DNA from: Acaryochloris marina MBIC11017
Lineage (GTDB): Bacteria > Cyanobacteriota > Cyanobacteriia > Thermosynechococcales > Thermosynechococcaceae
Direction of reading: 5' to 3'
NCBI RefSeq assembly: GCF_000018105.1
Contig: NC_009925.1
Location: forward strand, 1,470,001-1,502,000
Length of the DNA: 32,000 bases
Shown here: in pieces, positions 25,318-32,000 of the stretch
Layout of the letters: every line of letters starts with the position of its first letter
Numbering within the stretch: position 1 is the first letter of the stretch
Notes under the pieces: model-generated
The model's database searches: none
The model's input: only the letters and a program-made list of their open reading frames with translations
What the model was told of the DNA's origin: nothing
Made by a program: the position numbers and the translations under genes

Positions 25318-27096
25318 TTAGAGCTTTCTAAGGAAGGGAACCGGGTTAATCGCACCTTTACCCGCAGGATGGAGTTCGAAGTGGGTGTGAGGCCCAGTAC
25401 TGAGTCCAGTGCTCCCCATCTCAGCAATCTGTTGGCCTTGGTAAACAGATTGTCCGACGCGGGTTTTAATACGGTGGTTATGGGCATATAAGGTCAAGCT
25501 ACCATCTGGGTGACGGATCTCAACTAAATTGCCATATCCCCAGCGATTCCAGCCCGCAGTGGTCACAATGCCAGGGGCAGATGCTATAACCGGTGTACCC
25601 ACAGGGGCAGCAATATCGATACCCCGATGGGGTCGTCCCCAACGCCAGCCGAACCCAGAAGTCAGAATGCCTTTAGCAGGCCACAAATACTTTTGGGGGC
25701 CCGGCAGCATTTGGCTAGGGAGGTAACGATCAACGGAAGAGAGAGGTGGTAACTCTAAACTCGGAACCTGAGGCAACAGATTACGAGTGGCGATCTTCGT
25801 CGCATCACTATTTAACTTCGTACTGGGGGCGGACTGAATCGGTAGAATGGCGACCGGCGGAGAAGTTTTAGTTGAGAGAGACTTGGTATCATCCTGGGTT
25901 GCTTTAGGCTCCTTGGATGTTTCAACCGGTGTCTTTTCCCCTTCCCCTAACACATCACTAGGCTTCGTCTTTGTCTCAGAATCGTTAAGAGCAACAATGT
26001 CCTCAACTGTTGTTAACGACAAGGCAAGGGATTGATGGGCAGGAATGCGAAGCTTCGTTGTGGGGCCAATAGAAGCTGGATCACTAATGCGATTCGCCTT
26101 CGTAATTTCCTTCGCCGAAACCTGGTAAAGGCGAGAGATATCGTCTAGCGTCTCCCCCGGTTTGACCTGATGAACTATCGCTCCAGAGTCGATGAGGGCT
26201 GAATTTTGCTCGTTCGGAATGATCGTTTGAGACAAATCGATATCGGGGAGGACAGCCAGGGAGGTAGAGTCCACTGATTTGACAGCAGTCGTTTCCTCAG
26301 GGCTATCTTTCTCAGACGTTGAGACATCCAGAGATTCAATCCCTTGGGGGTTGCCCTCAAGGGTGGCAGACAAGTCTAAGGGATTGTTAATAGAGGCTGA
26401 ACTCAACTCAACATCAGACTGTTGGGATTGAGGCAGAAGCTCATCTAAATCAAGTAGGGGTTGGCTAGGTAACTCAGCCAACAGGATAGGCTCCACCTCT
26501 AGGATGGCTGATGTGCTGAGTTCTAAACTCTCTTCAATATTGTCAAGGTCGAGAATATCGATGGCTTCTAGCAGATTTTTAGAGGTCAAGGGAGTCATCA
26601 GCTCGTCAGCCAACTCTTGAGACACTCCAACCAAGGTACTTTGCGTGAAAGAAACGCCTGCCTTAGACACTAGTGATTTAGAAGATCTTTCAGACTCCAG
26701 AGGTGCAGATTTAAGGGCCAGAGAACCAACCGGTTTAGTAGTCAGCAATGTAGTGGGCTTAGACCCTAGAGTCGGCTCAGAGGCAATGAGTGCAGATGAG
26801 CGCTGCACAATCCGCTGTTGAAATAGCCTAGAGGACTGGGTGAGGTTCTGGTTTGAATAGGTCGATAATTTATATCGAGGAGAACCGATCAGATCTGGCA
26901 ACTGCACAGATGTAGAGGTGGATAGCTTTTGATGAGCCGGAGAAACGGCAGCTACAGCCGTCTGCCCAGTTGTTAGTCCGCCGATGGCACTGACCGTGAT
27001 CATGAAACCTAGAACACTGACAGAACGAGTTCGACGAAGGAGAGTTGATACCCCTGACGAAGTGATATCAATCTTCTGCGGAATTTCTCGTTTCAA
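25318..27096 (-). CDS. LysM-domain M23-family peptidoglycan endopeptidase
   Basis: 592 aa with an N-terminal TM/signal segment and a ~300-aa Ser/Thr/Leu/Glu-rich low-complexity linker. The LysM domain is HQVKPGETLDDISRLYQVSAKEITKANRI. The M23 core is HRGIDIAAPVGTPV...GYGNLVEIRHPDG..TLYAHN...GSTGLSTGPHTHFELH. Confidence 0.85.
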   Translation of the reverse strand: MKREIPQKIDITSSGVSTLLRRTRSVSVLGFMITVSAIGGLTTGQTAVAAVSPAHQKLSTSTSVQLPDLIGSPRYKLSTYSNQNLTQSSRLFQQRIVQRSSALIASEPTLGSKPTTLLTTKPVGSLALKSAPLESERSSKSLVSKAGVSFTQSTLVGVSQELADELMTPLTSKNLLEAIDILDLDNIEESLELSTSAILEVEPILLAELPSQPLLDLDELLPQSQQSDVELSSASINNPLDLSATLEGNPQGIESLDVSTSEKDSPEETTAVKSVDSTSLAVLPDIDLSQTIIPNEQNSALIDSGAIVHQVKPGETLDDISRLYQVSAKEITKANRISDPASIGPTTKLRIPAHQSLALSLTTVEDIVALNDSETKTKPSDVLGEGEKTPVETSKEPKATQDDTKSLSTKTSPPVAILPIQSAPSTKLNSDATKIATRNLLPQVPSLELPPLSSVDRYLPSQMLPGPQKYLWPAKGILTSGFGWRWGRPHRGIDIAAPVGTPVIASAPGIVTTAGWNRWGYGNLVEIRHPDGSLTLYAHNHRIKTRVGQSVYQGQQIAEMGSTGLSTGPHTHFELHPAGKGAINPVPFLRKL

Positions 27097-27744
27097 TGAG
27101 GACCTCCTAGATGCGTAATGTGTCTCTGAATGATTCAGAAATGGAACTGTGTGTATAACTGCGTTTGAGAGCTGGAATATAAGCTTTTAATTATCTCATA
27201 ACATTGTTCTTAATGTTTGAGTGATCGACTCGTATAGAGAATCATATTAGGTAAAAATACCTTGCTTCTCTAAAATAAACAAGTTCCAAGCCGGCGCAGG
27301 CTAAACATGCTTGAATTAGAACCCTGGTCACGGATAGCAAACAGTATTCACAAATACCTTTACCCAGAGTGTTCTGAAGAAGCCTCTCACATGATTCACA
27401 ATGACGAAGTGAATCAGAGCAGCGGTATAGCTCTGGATGGAGTGGCTTTCATTAATCTGCCCAGGAGCTTACTCGTATATCCTGCGTGATCCTACTGAAT
27501 TCTTAAATAAAACCATCTAGGGATAGGTTATGCCTCCGTAAAAACACATAGAAGCGCCAGCAGACTGCCGGAAATCAGTGGAGTTTGAAGTCTAGATATA
27601 GATATTTATTTAAACTAAACTGATGCATTAAAAATACTTATTTGTCTATGGAGAAAAATATTCCATCTATCCTAATCTATCTATTTGAATCTGCCAAAAT
27701 TAGGGGCGGTACTGTGCAGATTCACCTCATTTCAAGCCTGAGGG

Positions 27745-28206
27745 TTAAGTCATTAATGCAAGCTGTCTACGAGCTTCAAATAGTCCAACAGCAGCACTGA
27801 CAGACAGGTTCAAACTTCTAACCTGCTCATGGGCCATCGGGATACGAAGCACCGCAGAGCTATCTTGCAGAATATCTGGGGGTAAACCACTGGATTCACT
27901 CCCAAAGATCAGCCAATCATCCTCGCAGAATTGGAATTGCAAGTAGCTATGGGTTCCAGATTTGCTGAAGCTAACGGAACGTCCACCTTGTTGCTGACGC
28001 ACCTGCTCAAAGGCAGCCCAAGAAGCATGGGTTTGGAGTTTTACAAAGGGCCAGTAGTCTAGTCCTGCCCGCTTTAAATACCGATTGGATATTTCAAACC
28101 CTAAAGGCTCAACCAAATGCAGCTCGGTTTGCGTTGCCGCACAGGTCCGAGCAATATTACCTGTGTTGGGAGGGATCTCAGGATAAACAAGGACAACCCG
28201 GAGCAT
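27745..28206 (-). CDS. trmL: tRNA (cytidine/uridine-2'-O-)-methyltransferase TrmL (SpoU class)
   Basis: 153 aa: MLRVVLVYPEIPPNTGNIARTCAATQTELHLVEPLGFEISNRYLKRAGLDYW...IFGSESSGLP...IPM...RSLNLSVSAAV. Confidence 0.88.
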   Translation of the reverse strand: MLRVVLVYPEIPPNTGNIARTCAATQTELHLVEPLGFEISNRYLKRAGLDYWPFVKLQTHASWAAFEQVRQQQGGRSVSFSKSGTHSYLQFQFCEDDWLIFGSESSGLPPDILQDSSAVLRIPMAHEQVRSLNLSVSAAVGLFEARRQLALMT

Positions 28207-28232
28207 GGCTTAGACGTTGGCTGGTGGACTTT

Positions 28233-29378
28233 TTATACCGCTACAGGCTCACATAATTTGTTGCGCAGATCAATCTCTGTTTGGGCCATGTTTGCGATCG
28301 CATCCTGCATCACAGACCGAATCGACTGCCCCTGTTGATGTTGTCTCAACCACTGTTGAGCCTCATTCCCTTGGTCCAAAATCTGGTGAATTGGCGACAG
28401 AAAACAGCTAAATCCTGATTGTTTCGCCGTCGGCCATACTTCGGTATACAGCTCTTCAATCCAGTCTCGGGCCAGAATTTTGCGGCCATCTTGCCAATGG
28501 GTCAATTCCGCATCCAAACTATGGGTAGCAGCAGCGATCTCATTGGCATCTGCTAGAGCAACCAGGTGTTCAGAATCAGTCTTGAAGTTGCTACCCACCA
28601 AAGGATCAAGCTGGGGATCATCGAGCAGCTGGAGGATTCGGGCTTCTAGCAACGCCGTAATCGCTAATAAATGGATGGGATGAGTGACGAGATCGCAAAT
28701 TCTCAACTCCAAGCGATTCAAATCATAGGGACGACGATTGCCGTTGGGGCGAACCGAACTCCACAAGTGGCGCACATTTTGCATCGTGCCCTGTAAGAGC
28801 TGTGACTCGGTCCAATCAATAAAATGCTGATGACTGGTAAACAGGGGCACCTGGGCTGGGGTTTTGGGGAAGACTGCCCAACGAGACGAATGATGGCCCG
28901 TCACCTGCTCCCCTAAAAAGGGAGAAGAGGCACTTAAGGCCAAAAATAGTGGGGCTTCCATCCGAACTAGGCGACATGCCTGGAAGAGCTGCTCAATGTC
29001 AGGAATACCAATATTGATATGAATACTGGCCGTCACAACACTCGTACCGTAGGTCTGCTCAATATAGGAATGGTATGGATTCTTGGGATCAGACCGATAA
29101 AAATGCTGATGATCTGACAGGGCCAGGGTACTGCCTGGAATCAGGGTGTAGTCTCCCAGGGTTCGCACATATTCGCGAAGCTGGAGACGAGGTTTGAGCA
29201 GATCACAAAGCAGAGGATCATAATGATGGGCTGGGGCAGTCGTATATTCGACATTACGACTGTCAGGTTCTCGAACAAACCCATCTAAATCGGCAACAAT
29301 TCGGTCGGACAGGCCAACAATCTCACCTGAGGGTTTCCCAGTATACAGTTCTACCTCGAACCCTTTAGAAAGCACCAT
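28233..29378 (-). CDS. gshA: Glutamate--cysteine ligase, cyanobacterial type
   Basis: 381 aa. The N-terminus MVLSKGFEVELYTG and the overall length match the cyanobacterial GshA family as I recall it. It ends 26 nt upstream of trmL on the same strand. Confidence 0.8.
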   Translation of the reverse strand: MVLSKGFEVELYTGKPSGEIVGLSDRIVADLDGFVREPDSRNVEYTTAPAHHYDPLLCDLLKPRLQLREYVRTLGDYTLIPGSTLALSDHQHFYRSDPKNPYHSYIEQTYGTSVVTASIHINIGIPDIEQLFQACRLVRMEAPLFLALSASSPFLGEQVTGHHSSRWAVFPKTPAQVPLFTSHQHFIDWTESQLLQGTMQNVRHLWSSVRPNGNRRPYDLNRLELRICDLVTHPIHLLAITALLEARILQLLDDPQLDPLVGSNFKTDSEHLVALADANEIAAATHSLDAELTHWQDGRKILARDWIEELYTEVWPTAKQSGFSCFLSPIHQILDQGNEAQQWLRQHQQGQSIRSVMQDAIANMAQTEIDLRNKLCEPVAV

Positions 29379-29657
29379 GCATATCCCTCGCTCTTGTCAA
29401 ACAGATTATAGACAGCAGATCTGAATAGACCCTTAGAAAGAGTTAGTAAATTTTATGAGGGCAAACCAAGGTTGAGTGCACACCTAAAAATCGAACACGA
29501 TCAATCAATAGGTGTACTGCTAGCAATGATGTCGCTCACTCGGCAGATCGTTGTTCACATTCTGACATATTTCGGTGCAGGTGTTGGGTAGAGTCCCTAC
29601 TCCCGCAGGCCTCCAGCCAAGCCAAAACAAGCATGAGGACCACAAATGCCAATCATT

Positions 29658-30559
29658 GGTCGTGCATCAAAGAAGTGTGGGTTTGTTAAACCGATAGGGA
29701 GTCGAGTTGTTTTATTTCCTCATGCAATGTCCTCTATGTGGTCATCCTAAAACCCACAAACATGGCAAGACCAGCAAAGGCAGTCAACGTTACCGTTGCC
29801 CCCACTGTCAACAGACCTTTAGTGAGACCTTTGACACCCTGTGTTATCGCCGTCAGATCTCTCCTGAAACGATCCAGACCATCCTTCAAGCTCATGTTGA
29901 AGGGAGTAGTCTACGAGGACTCTCTCGCATCACGGGTGTAGCGTATAACACTTGTGTGAGTGTGGTTCGTTCAGCGAGTCATAAATCCCAAATGATTCAC
30001 AATGGGGAAGTTCAGGCCGTTGCGACCGACGTCATTAATGCAGATGAGTTGTGGTCCTTTGTCAAAAAAAGCAAAAGCACTGTGAGCCGAAGGAGTTGAG
30101 GGTAGGCGACTGCTGGATAGCATTGAGTCTTGCGAAAGAGAGTGGTCTCGTGCTCAGTGGCCGTATTGGCAAACATACCGACGAGCTAGCTCAAGAATTG
30201 ATTGAAAATACTGAGGGCAAAACCGCCTGTCATCATTGGCAAACGGATGGTTGGGAAGGGTACGCACGACAATTACCCGATGAGGTCGTCCATGAAGTGA
30301 GTAAAGCCCTGACCCAACGCTTAGAGCGGACCAATGGCATCGTGCGTCAGCAGACCGGGCGTTGGCATCGACGACAGAATAAATTTGGCAAAGTCTGGCA
30401 ACAGAGTGCGATGACTTTAAGATTGGTGCTGAGCTATTTCAACTGGATTTGGTGCCACTCTCGATTCAAGAACACGGCTGCCCAACGAGCTGGATTGACG
30501 GAGCGTCCTTGGAGATGGCAAGACTTAGCTTCCTATCCCACACTTTGTTGATGCACAAT
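29658..30559 (+). mobile_element. IS1-family insertion sequence, apparently intact
   Basis: Terminal inverted repeats: ggtcGTGCATCAAaGAAGTGTGGG on the left, and the reverse complement attGTGCATCAAcAAAGTGTGGG on the right. It is flanked by the 9-bp direct repeat CCAATCATT (29649-29657 and 30560-30568). The 902-bp size fits IS1. Confidence 0.85.
29722..30551 (+). CDS. IS1 transposase InsAB' (InsA frame 29722-30099; InsB frame joined by -1 frameshift at A7 30064-30070)
   Basis: InsA has a zinc finger (CPLCGH...CPHCQQTF) and an HTH. The downstream frame (30051-30551) lies at -1 relative to InsA. The fused reading ...DELWSFVKKKQKHCEPKELRVGDCWIALSL...WQTDGWEGY... matches the IS1 DDE organisation. 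Confidence 0.8.
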
Positions 30560-30613
30560 CCAATCATTACCGTTTAGAAAAACTAATTATGGAGTGCTTT
30601 CCTATAGTCGGTT

Positions 30614-31318
30614 CTATTCCATGAAAGAGCGAATGGTATCTGAGAGAATATCGAGGATTCCAGATTGCTGAATATAGGGTTGAGCTTGTCTTAAGATCGG
30701 ACCCGCTTCTTTTAAGAGGGGACCTGCATCTTCTAAGAGAGGAGCGGCTTCTTTTAGCAAGGGGCTAGCGGCTCCGATGGCCGGGGCAAATTGCTTGCCC
30801 TTGGCAATGATAGGGCCATATTTTTGATAGGCTTCCAACAACCGCTCACCATCTACTTCCACGGTGCTGGTGGGATAGCTTTCAAGGGTATCTAGGATGG
30901 TAATTTTGCCATCTCGGCTAGCGTCTAAAACCAGGGCAGAGCGAATGGCCTGACGACTAGCTCGTTTAGAAGGGGGGGACATGATTTCCCCGGCTTCATC
31001 GAGCATGGCATCGCCGAAGGGGGTATTAAGTAACTGATCGAGCTGAGTAGAACTGACGGCAAAGGGGCGAGTGAGAATGTCGCTCACTTTTTCTGGCTCT
31101 TGTTCCGCTAACTCTAAATACACTTTTAGATCAGCAGGGGCACGACCTGTATCCGCCAATTGACGTAGAGAACTAACCGGAACCGAGCGAGCGATGGGAC
31201 CATATTTGAAGACCACCTGTTCTGCAGCCCCAGAAGGTAATGCGCTCAACAGCACAACCGCACAACTTCCTAATACATAATTCCACCAATTGCTGGTCTG
31301 TGATGTTGTTGAACTCAT
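30614..31318 (-). CDS. DUF1400-domain secreted protein with a C-terminal PLL(K/E)(E/D)A octapeptide repeat
   Basis: 234 aa with a signal-like N-terminus (NYVLGSCAVVLLSALPSGAAE). The sequence VVFKYGPIARSVPVSSLRQLADTG...LKVYL...LL.TPFG...AIRSALVLDASRDGKITILD is typical of cyanobacterial DUF1400 as I recall it. Confidence 0.7.
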   Translation of the reverse strand: MSSTTSQTSNWWNYVLGSCAVVLLSALPSGAAEQVVFKYGPIARSVPVSSLRQLADTGRAPADLKVYLELAEQEPEKVSDILTRPFAVSSTQLDQLLNTPFGDAMLDEAGEIMSPPSKRASRQAIRSALVLDASRDGKITILDTLESYPTSTVEVDGERLLEAYQKYGPIIAKGKQFAPAIGAASPLLKEAAPLLEDAGPLLKEAGPILRQAQPYIQQSGILDILSDTIRSFME

Positions 31319-31651
31319 AACGCTAGGCTCTATACCTTTCCAATCTTAAGAATACCCAATTACCATGACCAAAATGTGATCCTGGAGTTCCTGAAGTCTA
31401 AGAGATCTATAGTTTTAGGTCGAACCCATCGGGAATGGAATAGGATTTTGGCTGGGCGTTGATCTTGTATGGAGTAGGCGAAAACGCTCTCAAACCTGCT
31501 TCAATAGAAAGGAACGAAATCGGTTCATCGGCTTTGTAGCACTATATCCGAGGCCCAGCTGAAGCCAGCCGTTCAGGATTTGAAATGGCATGGGGCCTGG
31601 ACCGATACAGAGTGATTCACGAAAATTTGGCAACTGAAAGGTAAACGGTTT

Positions 31652-32000
31652 ATGGATGTTATCCCTGCTATTGACTTGTTAGAGGGACGATGCGTTCGTC
31701 TATATCAAGGGGACTATGACCAATCCCAGGTTTTTTCTGAAAACCCTGTTGAAGTTGCCAAGGCATGGGAGGCTCAGGGTGCCCAATGGCTGCATTTGGT
31801 GGATTTAGATGGTGCTAAAACAGGCCAGCCCGTGAATTTAGACACCATTGCTGCGGTGGTGGAGGCTTTAGAGATTCCGGTGCAAGTGGGGGGTGGCTTG
31901 CGAGATCGCAACCGCGTTACCCAACTTCTAAATTTAGGTGTAAGAAGAGGTATTTTAGGTACGGTAGCCATCGAAAACCCCGATCTGGTGCAGGAACTAT
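31652..32000 (+). CDS. hisA: 1-(5-phosphoribosyl)-5-[(5-phosphoribosylamino)methylideneamino]imidazole-4-carboxamide isomerase (5' part, continues past the window)
   Basis: The frame is open from ATG 31652 to the window end. It is absent from the ORF track because no stop is reached. Translation: [63 protein letters not shown]...VQVGGGLR. Confidence 0.9.
   Translation, partial: MDVIPAIDLLEGRCVRLYQGDYDQSQVFSENPVEVAKAWEAQGAQWLHLVDLDGAKTGQPVNLDTIAAVVEALEIPVQVGGGLRDRNRVTQLLNLGVRRGILGTVAIENPDLVQEL

Noticed and set aside
25212-25487. 91-codon minus-strand ORF overlapping the 3' end of the M23 peptidase gene.
   Set aside because: It is an alternative frame of a well-supported gene and spans its terminator hairpin.
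27307-27489. 60-codon ORF in the 640-bp AT-rich gap between the M23 peptidase gene and trmL.
   Set aside because: It has no ribosome-binding site, no motif and poor coding character. The gap probably holds the promoter of the peptidase gene.

Overview
The window is chromosomal DNA from a cyanobacterium. Evidence for this: 10 copies of the HIP1 palindrome GCGATCGC, plus ycf19/yggT, crtH-type carotenoid isomerase, cyanobacterial-type gshA, an NtcA box in front of glnA, a pentapeptide-repeat protein, a DUF1400 protein and GAF-rich kinases. At about 47% GC with this IS content it could be Acaryochloris-like, but that is only a guess.

Most genes are housekeeping: upp, crtH, tRNA-Leu(CAG), a TrmH-family methyltransferase, glnA, mgtE, tRNA-Lys(UUU), class II fba, a LysM/M23 peptidase, trmL, gshA and the 5' end of hisA.

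Two insertion sequences are present:
- a decayed IS5-family copy at 4676-5619;
- an apparently intact IS1-family copy at 29658-30559, with a 9-bp target duplication and an A7 frameshift site.

Four regions deserve follow-up:
1. **1-4600.** An operon-like string on the minus strand (cupredoxin-like lipoprotein, 3-His cupin, periplasm-sensing histidine kinase, OmpR regulator) faces a divergent lipoprotein gene. That gene's mature product is almost entirely a Cys-bearing heptad repeat (DPCAAKx; 13 PCA motifs; three perfect 42-bp DNA copies). I propose an uncharacterised envelope metal/thiol module.
2. **10341-11552.** A stand-alone, extended paralogue of acyl-ACP reductase (COG5322 family) with no deformylating-oxygenase partner in the window.
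3. **15309-22080.** A five-gene signalling cluster. The first kinase carries a cyanobacteriochrome-like GAF domain with a DDSF variant of the DXCF motif. The cluster ends in a V4R-like protein and an unknown small protein.
4. **Small non-coding candidates.** These include a promoter-plus-terminator unit at 6865-6968 and an orphan bidirectional terminator at 13855-13888.

All homology statements rest on motif recognition from memory, not on searches.
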